Source: a virus
Taxonomy: Duplodnaviria > Heunggongvirae > Uroviricota > Caudoviricetes
DNA length: 64,000 nucleotides
Direction: 5' to 3' (one strand)
IMG/VR virus record: IMGVR_UViG_3300038393_001148
Made by a program: the position numbers and the translations under genes. The notes beneath the pieces are model-generated. The model did not search any database. It was not told where the DNA came from and was given only the letters and a program-made list of their open reading frames with translations. This document shows positions 33,647 through 43,037 of the stretch, piece by piece (the stretch's first letter is position 1; each line of letters starts with the position of its first letter).

Positions 33647-36600
33647 TGCCTCAGGCAGCGTACGATAGTGCCGTTCTGGCGCTGTCTGGTCTGAACAACT
33701 ATTGGAAACTGACTGAGACTTCCGGTACGTCGTTTACCGACTCGAAGGGCTCCAACGCGCTAGCTGCGGCAGCCTCTCCATCTCGCACTACCGGGCCGGA
33801 CGGAACGGCCTCGGCGATCAACGTCGCCGCGACCACAAACAGCGTCATGGTCGCGGGCACGAACTTCGCGTTCCCGAAGGACCACACGGTCTTCTACTGG
33901 ATGAAGCTCAATAGCCAGTCGGCGGGCGACATGATGGCGTTCGAGTGGGCGACATCATCGTTCACGAACTATGTCCAGAGCGACATCGGCTACTCGTCCG
34001 TTACAGGTAAGTCCGTCTTCAGTGCTTATTACGGAACCGTGACGGGTGCGGCCGCCGAGTTGTGTGACCGCAGCACCTTCGGTACTGGTACCTGGGTCTT
34101 CGTCGCGATCACGACGGATACCACCCTCGGTAACACCAACGAAACCAAGCTGTATGTGAATGGTGTTCACGTCGGTACTGCCAGTGCGGGCTTTCATCAG
34201 ACCCAAACGCCTGGCTCGGGTGCCCTAGGTGTTGGAGGCCGAGCCCAAGGAGGTCGCGGCCTACCGCTTGACGGTGCGCTAAACGGCGTTGGCATCCTCG
34301 GTCGTGTAATGACGACGACCGAGATGACTACGCTCTACCAGCGTATGACTGGAAAGATAGCTGTCAACCAAGTAAGCGAACTTGAGACGGCTCTCCCAAT
34401 CTCGGTTTCACACAGTGGACGAATTCTAGTCGAAGATTGGTCGGGAGACCCTAATGGCTGGAACCACAACGCCTTCCCCGGTATGGTGCGTTCCACAGAC
34501 GGCTCGACCCTGATCTTAGGCTACCAGCACCAGGACCAGCACCAGGGCACGGCGGGAACTGTCAGGATCAGACGTATCGACACCCAGAACGGTTCAACCA
34601 TCGGTTCTCCGTTTGACATCCGTACAGTTCTAGTCGCCGACCCGGACACCAACCTCGCCGATATCTCGCTGTGGCGGATGAGCAATGGCGAGATCGGCAT
34701 CCTGTGGAACGAGAGTTCCACACCAGGAACAGCGAACATCAATACGGTTGTCACCTATAAGGCCGCGTTCTCATCGAATGAAGGCGTAACTTGGGGCACC
34801 CCTATAACTATTACTACGTTCCCGTTTGTGACGAACGGCGCTGGTACTGCGGGTGCCTACGGCATCGCCCCGACCCCGCCCATCGAGCTTGCAGCCGGTA
34901 CCGTCCTAAAAAACGGGTCAACCGTGGCTACAACGACGCAATTGGCCGCTGTCTATGGATACGACGACAAGACTATCCCAGGCACAGCTTCAGCGCCGGG
35001 TTACGTAAAGGTATACAAGTCAACCGACTTTGGCCGTACGTGGTCTTCGCTAAGTACCCCCTTTCCCGCATCCACAACAACATACGACAGTGATGAGACT
35101 GCTCTAAGGCTCCTTAATAACGGCCAAATCCTCTCGATGTCTCGTACGGCGTATTACCCAACTGGCCGAGGTAATGGAACGGCGTACGTACAACGGGCTG
35201 TAACATCAGATGACGGTGGTAGTACGTGGACTACCCCTATCCATGCTCTAGGTAGCGGAGTGGTAGGACAAGTGGGATACGGCGGTCGCCCCGATCTAAT
35301 TCAGACACCTAATGGGGTTCTCTTCGCTCGCTGTCGCGTTATGTCTACGACAGGCACTTCTAGTTATCCCAGCTATCGCAGATCGGACGATAATGGTATA
35401 ACGTGGTCAGCAGGTCGAGACCCGTGGGACCTAGCGCTTGAACGCACTACTAGCCCTGACACAGACGGTACAACGCGAGGAGTTGACGTATATAGCGCCT
35501 CGGCACAACTTCTAGGTTCAAACGATACTATCGCGTTCATCTGGGCAGAAGAGCGTCAAACAGGTACGACTCCTCCCAATAAGGCGGCTATCTACTACCG
35601 CACGCTTGTGCTGCGTACTCAGGCAATTAGTCAGCCGGTAGAAACCGATGTTGCGATGCCTATCAAGGCGGTCAAGACACGGAGTATCGGGCAAGCTATC
35701 GAGACAGACGTAGCGACCGTAATTCCGCGCATTACTTCCGTCAAGAGCGGCAAGGGCGTAATTGGTCGATCTCCGCTCGTTTTTGTTGAGAGCGGAAGCG
35801 GCGTCTCAACGTTTGTAGGATCAGGACCCAAGTCGGTGTCCACCACTAAGTCCGGCGCGGGTATCTCTAGTCTTACAGCAAGCGGGGTCAAGGTATTTAA
35901 TTCCGTAACGTACAGTAAGGCCGGTATCGCCATTGTCGGCCGGGGTCCTATAACCTTCGCTCCTACGGGCTCAGGCGTCTCGACCTTCTCGGCCTCGGGC
36001 ACCAAGACCCTCGGCTCGTCGGTCATCGCCAAGACCGGCGCTGGTGTAACGGCGTTCTCTGCTTCCGGAGTAAAGTTCTATAGCGGCCTAAGCGTCACCT
36101 ACACGAAGTCCGGTAGCGCTGGTCTTGGGCATCTCCAAGTCATCTCGCCGAAGACTGGAGTGGGAGTTCTTCAGTCTATCGCGAGTGGATCGAGCTTTAA
36201 GACCGATGCCTCCATTATTAAATCCGGTGGAGGGCGGGGCGGCACCGGTACGCCGACAGGATGGCTGCTGCTGCTGTCCAACGCTCGCGGGTTCAGCGCC
36301 TCTGGCGTGAAGATCTTCACCAGTGTCTCTCAAGAGACGGCGACGGCGGCGTCCCTGTTCAGCGGCTCGGGCGTCAAGTCAATTTCGTTCACCAAGAGCG
36401 GATCTGGGATCACGAACTTTACCGCTGCGGGTCCTCGGATCTCCCAGACAATACGAACAGGGCGAGGCATCTCGCCGCGCGTCGTCAGCGGATCTCGCAT
36501 CATCCTGCGCACCAAGAGCGGGGCGGCCGCCAGCGATCTAATCGCATCCGGGCCGCGCTTGGCGAATCTCAACAAGACCGGCCTGGGTGCCCTCGTCCCG

Positions 36601-37158
36601 ATGGCGAGCGGATCAAAGACAATTGTCTCGCCAGGATCCACCACCTACAGCAAGACCGGTAGGGCTGTCACCGACCTCACGGCCACGGGCAATGTGAATC
36701 TGGTCAAGACCACGACCGGAATCAGCGTCAGCGCGTTCGCAGCGAGCGGTGTTAAGTCGCTCACCTACACCAAGGTCGGAAGTGGTATTTCCGCATTTGC
36801 AGCCAAGGGTCCGGATTCATTTACGCGCCTGAAGACTGGTGCCGGTGAAGCTGGCATGCGTGCCAGCGGAATGCCTGCGTACGTCTATCATAAGTCTGGA
36901 CTCGGGGCCTCAGATATGCTCGGATCTGGCCTGGCAAGCACAGCCCCGATCACCGTCTCGACCAAGAGCGGAACGGCCATGTTGGCGCGGAGCGTGTCTA
37001 GCCCATCCGTCAAGAAGCATCTCGTTATCACCTATTACGATGGAGCCCTTTACATCCAAACCATCCCACGACTCCATCGCGGAGGCGACGATGTAATCCG
37101 CTCGTACGACGAGAAATATGTCTTGAAACCCGCATATACCGTCACCACCGAAACGTAA
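33646..37158 (+). CDS. BNR/Asp-box (sialidase-like beta-propeller) protein with a C-terminal array of about 18-aa tandem repeats. Putative receptor-binding or glycan-degrading fibre.
   Basis: Four Asp-box matches to S-x-D-x-G-x-T-W are read in the translation: STDFGRTW, SDDGGSTW, SDDNGITW and SSNEGVTW. More than 20 repeats of the form TKSG-G-S-F-ASG-K follow. Confidence 0.65.
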   Translation: MPQAAYDSAVLALSGLNNYWKLTETSGTSFTDSKGSNALAAAASPSRTTGPDGTASAINVAATTNSVMVAGTNFAFPKDHTVFYWMKLNSQSAGDMMAFEWATSSFTNYVQSDIGYSSVTGKSVFSAYYGTVTGAAAELCDRSTFGTGTWVFVAITTDTTLGNTNETKLYVNGVHVGTASAGFHQTQTPGSGALGVGGRAQGGRGLPLDGALNGVGILGRVMTTTEMTTLYQRMTGKIAVNQVSELETALPISVSHSGRILVEDWSGDPNGWNHNAFPGMVRSTDGSTLILGYQHQDQHQGTAGTVRIRRIDTQNGSTIGSPFDIRTVLVADPDTNLADISLWRMSNGEIGILWNESSTPGTANINTVVTYKAAFSSNEGVTWGTPITITTFPFVTNGAGTAGAYGIAPTPPIELAAGTVLKNGSTVATTTQLAAVYGYDDKTIPGTASAPGYVKVYKSTDFGRTWSSLSTPFPASTTTYDSDETALRLLNNGQILSMSRTAYYPTGRGNGTAYVQRAVTSDDGGSTWTTPIHALGSGVVGQVGYGGRPDLIQTPNGVLFARCRVMSTTGTSSYPSYRRSDDNGITWSAGRDPWDLALERTTSPDTDGTTRGVDVYSASAQLLGSNDTIAFIWAEERQTGTTPPNKAAIYYRTLVLRTQAISQPVETDVAMPIKAVKTRSIGQAIETDVATVIPRITSVKSGKGVIGRSPLVFVESGSGVSTFVGSGPKSVSTTKSGAGISSLTASGVKVFNSVTYSKAGIAIVGRGPITFAPTGSGVSTFSASGTKTLGSSVIAKTGAGVTAFSASGVKFYSGLSVTYTKSGSAGLGHLQVISPKTGVGVLQSIASGSSFKTDASIIKSGGGRGGTGTPTGWLLLLSNARGFSASGVKIFTSVSQETATAASLFSGSGVKSISFTKSGSGITNFTAAGPRISQTIRTGRGISPRVVSGSRIILRTKSGAAASDLIASGPRLANLNKTGLGALVPMASGSKTIVSPGSTTYSKTGRAVTDLTATGNVNLVKTTTGISVSAFAASGVKSLTYTKVGSGISAFAAKGPDSFTRLKTGAGEAGMRASGMPAYVYHKSGLGASDMLGSGLASTAPITVSTKSGTAMLARSVSSPSVKKHLVITYYDGALYIQTIPRLHRGGDDVIRSYDEKYVLKPAYTVTTET
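35740..36990 (+). repeat. In-frame coding tandem repeats of about 54 bp (the KSGxGxSxxxASGxK array) within 33646..37158
   Basis: The repeat is read in the translation. It is not a CRISPR array because there are no spacer-like unique segments and it lies inside a continuous ORF. Confidence 0.6.
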
Positions 37159-37167
37159 TAGGCGACC

Positions 37168-38013
37168 ATGCCTTTAGGATACGACGGAGATCAGAGGATC
37201 CTCAACATTGGGGATACGGCAGAATTGTATGCATACCTTTATGATAAGGAGGATGCGCCAGAATCCCCTGACGAGATTCTTGCCGTCTCCTTCATCATCC
37301 AAAAGCCCAACGGAGACCTTTTCACCATTGAGGGCGAGGTGGGGGATGATAACTCCGGGTACCTTCAATTCACCGACACGGATATCGAAGGCAGCTATGT
37401 AGTCGTAGCTCAGTTTACATTGGGCAACGGGTCGATCAAATCAATTCGCAGCGACTTCATTATCGAGAACCCGTTCGCTCCAGATATCCTAACGCTGGAA
37501 GATGAGGTCTCAACTCGCGTTTGGAGGAAGCTCGAAGATCTCTTCGACTCAAGCGACGGCGGGCCGTGGATGAGGGATATGACCCTGGCAGTTTTCAGCC
37601 CATCCCGAGTACAGAATTTCATCGAAGAAGCCTTGTTCGATATTAACGTCTATAACCCGCCCACCCATTTCAACATCGACAAGTTCGCTACGCCGATCAA
37701 TAACAATCCCAACCCGGATATTACCCTCCTGGTGCAGGGAACGCTCATAGCGGTCATCCGCCATCTCATGCGGAGCTACACGGAGCAGCCGTTGCCAACC
37801 GGAGGACAGGTCACGTATGAAGATCGTAGGGATTACTTACAGCGCTGGGGGACGATTTATCAAATCGAGTTCCAGCACTATGACCACCTCGTGAAGATGT
37901 GGAAGAGACAGTTCCTCGGCCTGAATACGTCCAAGCAGCTTATCTCCAACAAATCCGGACGCAACCTTCCCGCTCCTCTGCGTACGCGCGGCATCAATCG
38001 AGGCTACTACTGA
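37168..38013 (+). CDS. Hypothetical structural protein (281 aa)
   Basis: Track ORF. Confidence 0.5.
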   Translation: MPLGYDGDQRILNIGDTAELYAYLYDKEDAPESPDEILAVSFIIQKPNGDLFTIEGEVGDDNSGYLQFTDTDIEGSYVVVAQFTLGNGSIKSIRSDFIIENPFAPDILTLEDEVSTRVWRKLEDLFDSSDGGPWMRDMTLAVFSPSRVQNFIEEALFDINVYNPPTHFNIDKFATPINNNPNPDITLLVQGTLIAVIRHLMRSYTEQPLPTGGQVTYEDRRDYLQRWGTIYQIEFQHYDHLVKMWKRQFLGLNTSKQLISNKSGRNLPAPLRTRGINRGYY

Positions 38014-38726
38014 TGCCGATTTTTATTGGCCGCAGATCCACACGGTTTGTTGGCGAGCCCAACGTCCCTCGGGATGTGGCTCGCCGTCGTCGCTCTACGT
38101 CCGAAATGCTGCACCGGATGGGTACTCCGATGGTCATCAAGCATCGATACAACGATGTCGATTTTCAAAACGGCGAGGCAGTCAAATCTCCCGTCTACGA
38201 CTCGGTTTACGAACAGACTCGCAACCATGACCCTATCTCTCATGGCGTCGGGTATGTCGGAATCGAGCTATCGGACAACGAGTGGTATGACGCCAACGGC
38301 GAGATCGTCGTATCCGAAATAAGTCCTGGTGCGGGCTGGATCCAAGCTCCGAAATATCGCGGGTATGGGCCAGGAACCTTGACCTACATCATCGAGCCGG
38401 ATCGAGCCGAAGACTTCTACAAGTCCACGGTCGGAGGCCCCATCTTCCAGGTACAGAGCGCGCTAGCTATCGCTCCTTGGTGGCCCAACATCAACGACAA
38501 TGACTTGCTCATCAACGTCACGCTGGCGGCAAACGGCGACATCCTCGAAACCCACGAGCGATTTGAAGCTAAGAACGTCAACCCGGTGTCGATGCGAGGG
38601 CTGGATCGGAGAGGCCGCAAGGAGTATGGAGAGTCGTTTGGAAACAGCCATGTGATCAACCAGACCTTCGAGATGGCGCTGATCCCTACCAACGACGTGC
38701 TCTACGAAGTAGAGGTAGATCGCTGA
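38013..38726 (+). CDS. Hypothetical structural protein
   Basis: Track ORF 37899..38726. The Met at 38013 overlaps the upstream stop (TGATG). Confidence 0.5.
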   Translation: MPIFIGRRSTRFVGEPNVPRDVARRRRSTSEMLHRMGTPMVIKHRYNDVDFQNGEAVKSPVYDSVYEQTRNHDPISHGVGYVGIELSDNEWYDANGEIVVSEISPGAGWIQAPKYRGYGPGTLTYIIEPDRAEDFYKSTVGGPIFQVQSALAIAPWWPNINDNDLLINVTLAANGDILETHERFEAKNVNPVSMRGLDRRGRKEYGESFGNSHVINQTFEMALIPTNDVLYEVEVDR

Positions 38727-39088
38727 TGTATGACGACTACCCAGTTAAGCAGCTAGCTTATCAAACAATTCTCGGCGCGGCTGTGGAATTCGCCAACGCC
38801 GACACCCGCAAACCTTACTATCTCGGCGGGGATATTTTTCACACACCCAACACCTTCGATCACTTAGAGCTTCGTTACGACCCGGATCTCGTAAAGTATG
38901 CGATTCAGGACGCTATCGCCCGTCATGGCGAAGTCCGCTCAGAAGAGGAAATCTACCGGCTCTTGGTCGAGATCGTTCGGGATGCCGTTGCGGAAGCGAT
39001 CAAGCACGACCGGGAGTCCGCCGAAGCCTTTTCTGCGTTGATCGTCCATCAGACCCGCAATCAAACCTCTCCCGAATCTTGGTTTTAA
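38726..39088 (+). CDS. Hypothetical neck or head-tail joining protein (120 aa)
   Basis: Track ORF. The call is positional only. Confidence 0.45.
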   Translation: MYDDYPVKQLAYQTILGAAVEFANADTRKPYYLGGDIFHTPNTFDHLELRYDPDLVKYAIQDAIARHGEVRSEEEIYRLLVEIVRDAVAEAIKHDRESAEAFSALIVHQTRNQTSPESWF

Positions 39089-39864
39089 TGCCTCTACTTC
39101 CTGAGCGGACCATCCCCTACAAGAGCTACGTTAAGGCGGCGATAGTCGAGGCTCTGCGAGAAGTCTTTCTCAACCACCCCGATTCGAAGCTCCGGAAAAC
39201 GAAGGTCTCCATCGAGTTTCCCACATCTCAACTTAGTTATCCGGCCATAGTTGTACGCTTCGTAGAGCGTTCTATAGAGAACGCGGGCGTGGGTCATGTG
39301 GAGTTCCTATTCGTGGAGTCAGACGATCCCGTGGCCTTTAAATTCCGCCATTATCTCTACCACGGAGACATTGAATTCGGTGTATATGCGCTGTCGTCGC
39401 TGGATCGAGACCTTATCTCCGACACGCTCGTCCAAACTCTGTCAATGCCGGATATGGCCGAGTACACCGAGAACTTCTTCTCGCGTATCTACTACCCCAT
39501 CAATATCGAAGCCGATCCTAATGGCGCTCCGGGGAGCGACGAGGACCCGCGCAACAAGCACCGCTGGAACTACCTCAACCTGAACACGGACAGGCTCTCC
39601 CCTATGGGAGAGACGCAGACGCCTCAGCCCTGGCTCTCAGAAGACCAACTTGTATACCAATCATCTTACCGGGTCGGAATCATGGGCGAGTTCTATAGCC
39701 TGCCACCTGAAGAAGCGATTGATGGATTCGGAACGGTTCAGAAGGTCAATGTCTATCCTTACCTAGATGGCCTAGAGTCAAGGCCGGAAGGCACGCCAGA
39801 TTCTTCTAGTTGGTCACAAGCAGATAACGCCTACGACGCCAGTCGTGGGGAGTATGACGTGTAA
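39079..39864 (+). CDS. Hypothetical neck or tail-completion protein (261 aa)
   Basis: Track ORF. The call is positional only. Confidence 0.45.
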   Translation: MVLMPLLPERTIPYKSYVKAAIVEALREVFLNHPDSKLRKTKVSIEFPTSQLSYPAIVVRFVERSIENAGVGHVEFLFVESDDPVAFKFRHYLYHGDIEFGVYALSSLDRDLISDTLVQTLSMPDMAEYTENFFSRIYYPINIEADPNGAPGSDEDPRNKHRWNYLNLNTDRLSPMGETQTPQPWLSEDQLVYQSSYRVGIMGEFYSLPPEEAIDGFGTVQKVNVYPYLDGLESRPEGTPDSSSWSQADNAYDASRGEYDV

Positions 39865-39906
39865 CTACAAAAAGCTTGGACGCAACAGGGATAATAATCG
39901 AGAACT

Positions 39907-41409
39907 ATGGCCTCTGCTTACACACCCCCTGGCGTTTACGTCCAAGAGTTATTTTCGCCATCCGTCAATACCATCCTAGCTACTTCAGCCCAGGTCTGCC
40001 TTGTGGGCTTGGCGCAGGGGTATCAGCTAAAGACGGCGCAGCTTACCTTCCCGGCCTCGGGGACGGCCCAAACGATCTCGGCTCCAGCCGGATCCATCTT
40101 CCAAAAGGTTGACACCAACACCTCGTTCGAGAAGGTCCGAGATCTCGTTGACCCGACTGCGGGCACCAACGGTGTCTATGCTGAAGGCGCTGATTTCACC
40201 GCAACGCTATCCAGCGACAAGCTGACCTTTACAATCACGCCGGTCAATGGATCGGGCCTAAAGACCAACGGCGGCGTCCTCGCATTTACCTTCCGCCACG
40301 TTCCCGAGAAGTACTTTGTTGCTACCCGGCTCGACACCCTTGCGGCAGTCGAGGATCGCTACGGCGCAGCCTTCGACACCAGCGGAATCCTGACCCCGCT
40401 CACCGCTGCGGCTACCATCGCCTTTGAAAACGGCGCGCAGAACGTCGTGGTCCAGCCGCTCTTCGAGGTAGACACCGATGCCAATGGCAACGTCACCCGT
40501 CGTCAGCCTGATTCCGGCGACGTTAACGCTTTTGCGACCTTCCAGACCACGCTAGTCGGGCTTCGAGACATCGAAGACATCAACGTGGTCGTCCCGATTT
40601 TCCCATCGGGATTGAACGCTGCCGCTCAACTTCAGCTTATTGAAGCTGCACAGGATCACGTCCGCTATCAGGCGGCCCAGGGACAACTACTTGTCGTCAT
40701 TGCTGGAGAGGATAGTGTGCTCCAGTCAGAGCTACAGGGTCATGCGGCGGCTCTCCGCACTCGTGGAGACACCGAGGCCGAGGCAACTGTGCTGGTATCC
40801 CCCGCACGATTTGGCCGGACCCTTCCTTCTACCGGGGCCAGCATCGTGGTTGGTGGTCAGTATGCCGCAGCAGCTATTGCGGGAATGCTTGCTGCCCGCC
40901 CGGTCTCTACCCCGCTCACCCGCAAGCAGCTATCGGGCTTCCAGACCGTTGAGGATCCCCGCGACAAGGCAGCGAAGGACGCTGACGCTGCCGCAGGTCT
41001 CATGGTTGTTGAGCAGAAGGGCGCTGTCCTCCAGGTCCGCCATGCGCTGACGGTGGATAACACGGCAACAGCACGTCGTGAACTCTCAGTGGTGAGATCC
41101 AAGCACCGGATGATCGACTCGATCCGAAACACGATTGATACGCAGATCATCGGCAACGTGCCTGCGGACGGCAATGCCCCGTTCACCGTGAAGAACGCGG
41201 TGATCGGAGTCCTTGAGGCGCTGCGCTCACGTCGAGACCTTGTGGACTACAAGGGGGTCCAGGCTCGCGTTCTCGCGTCCGATCCGACCACCGTTGAGGT
41301 TCGATTCTCTTACCTCCCAGCGTTCCCACTCAACTACGTCACGATTATCTTCTCGCTGGACTTGACGGATAACACACTAACTACTACAACAACTACGGCT
41401 GCCGTCTAG
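39907..41409 (+). CDS. Tail sheath protein
   Basis: The N-terminus MASAYTPPGVYVQE matches the hallmark (Y.TPGVY.EE) of contractile sheath proteins. At 500 aa it has the right size, and it is followed by a tube-sized gene. Confidence 0.7.
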   Translation: MASAYTPPGVYVQELFSPSVNTILATSAQVCLVGLAQGYQLKTAQLTFPASGTAQTISAPAGSIFQKVDTNTSFEKVRDLVDPTAGTNGVYAEGADFTATLSSDKLTFTITPVNGSGLKTNGGVLAFTFRHVPEKYFVATRLDTLAAVEDRYGAAFDTSGILTPLTAAATIAFENGAQNVVVQPLFEVDTDANGNVTRRQPDSGDVNAFATFQTTLVGLRDIEDINVVVPIFPSGLNAAAQLQLIEAAQDHVRYQAAQGQLLVVIAGEDSVLQSELQGHAAALRTRGDTEAEATVLVSPARFGRTLPSTGASIVVGGQYAAAAIAGMLAARPVSTPLTRKQLSGFQTVEDPRDKAAKDADAAAGLMVVEQKGAVLQVRHALTVDNTATARRELSVVRSKHRMIDSIRNTIDTQIIGNVPADGNAPFTVKNAVIGVLEALRSRRDLVDYKGVQARVLASDPTTVEVRFSYLPAFPLNYVTIIFSLDLTDNTLTTTTTTAAV

Positions 41410-41422
41410 GTAAGAAATAGCA

Positions 41423-42007
41423 ATGGCTGACTCGATTTCAGGTTACTCTCGCGACGTTAGCGGCGCGCGTACCCGTACAGGCGGTTCGGGCTTTACCGCC
41501 TTCTTCTGGCGCTCAAAGCCTATCGGATTTTGCCGACAGATCGCTCACGTTTCTCCGACTCCGGTCGGTCCTGGTCCTACGCCGATCCATCCTTTGGACG
41601 AGCCGTATGCGCTGGAAATCATTACCCCTGCGGCACAGAATCCTGGAACGCTCACGCTTGAGCTTTACGAGTTGTACAACCACAAGGTCTGGGATCACCT
41701 ATCGCTGATCGCAGGCTCGGTTGACCTTGTAAACATTTTTATTGCGGTGGCGGCAGAGACGGATCCGATCACCGTTGTTAAGCTTATTTCTCCTCCGACG
41801 ATTCGTGGCGTGAAGCCATCTCCATATGCGGAGCGCTTCCACAACTGCATTATCTCCAATGTGGAGGACGGGGAGACCATCGAAGTTGGGACAATGGAAG
41901 TCACCAAGCGCATTACAGTCATGTATACGCACATCACGCGAGACGGCGCTGACGCCAACCAGGCGATTGCGCTCCGTGATGGGCGTTCTCTCCCAGTCAA
42001 GTCTTAG
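41423..42007 (+). CDS. Putative tail tube protein (194 aa)
   Basis: It lies immediately downstream of the sheath gene and is of appropriate size. Confidence 0.5.
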   Translation: MADSISGYSRDVSGARTRTGGSGFTAFFWRSKPIGFCRQIAHVSPTPVGPGPTPIHPLDEPYALEIITPAAQNPGTLTLELYELYNHKVWDHLSLIAGSVDLVNIFIAVAAETDPITVVKLISPPTIRGVKPSPYAERFHNCIISNVEDGETIEVGTMEVTKRITVMYTHITRDGADANQAIALRDGRSLPVKS

Positions 42008-42013
42008 TTAAAA

Positions 42014-42568
42014 TTGCCCGTCCCATTTGATGAGTTTCCTCCAGAAGTAGCTCAGTCCGTCGAAGGCCTCATGTGGCTTGGGCATCTCGAAGCCCATGTT
42101 TCTAAATGGGGTCACAACTGGGTTCTACGCACGCTACGTGCGGACGAAGAGCTAGTCGCCTCCCTGATCGCCAAGGAATATCAGGACTCCTTGGGTCAGG
42201 TCAAGGCGTATGCCTGGGCACACCTGGCAGCGGCTATCGTTGCCGTCGATGGCGACGATAACTACTGTCCATCCATCGGGCCGAACATCCAAGATAATGT
42301 TCGGGCTAAATTCAACTGGATGACCGAGAACTGGTACTGGCCTATCGGAGAGTTCCTATTCGGTCACTACACCGAGCTACTCTCCAAACAGGCCGAGGCG
42401 CTGGACGCCGTAGATTCTTTATCACAACGGAGTCTGCGGACCTCTTGGCCCTCGCGAGACTCCTTGAACGAACAGGGCGACTCTCTGGAAACCTCAACCG
42501 AGTCCAACTCAGGCTTGTCGCCTATCTCATCCGAGCAGATGAAGACGCTCGCGGACAAGCCCGAGTAG
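42014..42568 (+). CDS. Putative tail assembly chaperone (184 aa)
   Basis: It lies between the tube and tape measure genes. Its 3' end overlaps a -1-frame ORF. Confidence 0.4.
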   Translation: MPVPFDEFPPEVAQSVEGLMWLGHLEAHVSKWGHNWVLRTLRADEELVASLIAKEYQDSLGQVKAYAWAHLAAAIVAVDGDDNYCPSIGPNIQDNVRAKFNWMTENWYWPIGEFLFGHYTELLSKQAEALDAVDSLSQRSLRTSWPSRDSLNEQGDSLETSTESNSGLSPISSEQMKTLADKPE

Positions 42569-42726
42569 ACCAATTTAAGGATCATCTCCTCGCAACCCAT
42601 CCGGATATCTACGCCCAGGTCTATGGCGAAGAAGATAATCCGGAAGAGGAAATCATCGAGGAGATCCCTCAGACAGAAGCCGATGTCGAACGTATGATGG
42701 CCGAGCTAGCTCGGCTCGGTGTCTGA
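42445..42726 (+). CDS. The -1-frame extension ORF. It is a candidate frameshift-fused chaperone C-terminus (G/GT-like) or an independent small acidic protein.
   Basis: Its frame is -1 relative to 42014..42568, and there is no in-frame ATG after 42568 until near the end. I found no canonical X-XXY-YYZ slippery heptamer in the overlap. Confidence 0.3.
   Translation: MALARLLERTGRLSGNLNRVQLRLVAYLIRADEDARGQARVDQFKDHLLATHPDIYAQVYGEEDNPEEEIIEEIPQTEADVERMMAELARLGV
42701..42716. terminator. Perfect 16-bp palindrome GCCGAGCTAGCTCGGC between convergent genes. It could be a bidirectional terminator or an operator.
   Basis: Read directly. Confidence 0.4.
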
Positions 42727-42867
42727 TTTGACGGCCGTATATGCGGTCAAGGTCAGGACAACGCCTATAAGCAGCATGGACAACGCCAAGTAGATGTCGC
42801 CCCACCACCACGCCTGACTGAGCGCCGTCACGCAGCCACAGATCCAGCCCGCGATTAGAAGTCGCAT
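42708..42867 (-). CDS. 53-aa two-TM membrane peptide (MRLLIAGWICGCVTALSQAWWWGDIYLALSMLLIGVVLTLTAYTAVK...). Last gene of the antisense cassette.
   Basis: Hand translation. Its start is embedded in the 3' end of 42855..43037. Confidence 0.35.
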
Positions 42868-43037
42868 GGCTCCCCGGTCTTAGCAGCGGCGCTGTCAAGC
42901 AGGTTTTGCAGGCCCTCGGCGAGGTCCTGGTGGCCGTCAGCCCGCAGCGCCGCCACGTTCTTCGCGCCCTCGCGGAGCGCATTGGCGCGCTGCTCGTCCG
43001 TAAGCGGGCTGTCGCTTCGCTGGGAAGGCGATGACAT
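42855..43037 (-). CDS. Hypothetical 60-aa helical protein
   Basis: Track ORF. Confidence 0.35.
   Translation of the reverse strand: MSSPSQRSDSPLTDEQRANALREGAKNVAALRADGHQDLAEGLQNLLDSAAAKTGEPCDF

Noticed and set aside
35740-36990. Highly regular tandem repeats that could be mistaken for a CRISPR or other non-coding array
   Set aside because: They lie inside one continuous 1170-aa ORF and translate into a regular 18-aa motif (TKSG-G-S-F-ASG-K). There are no unique spacer-like segments. This is a coding repeat of a fibre protein.
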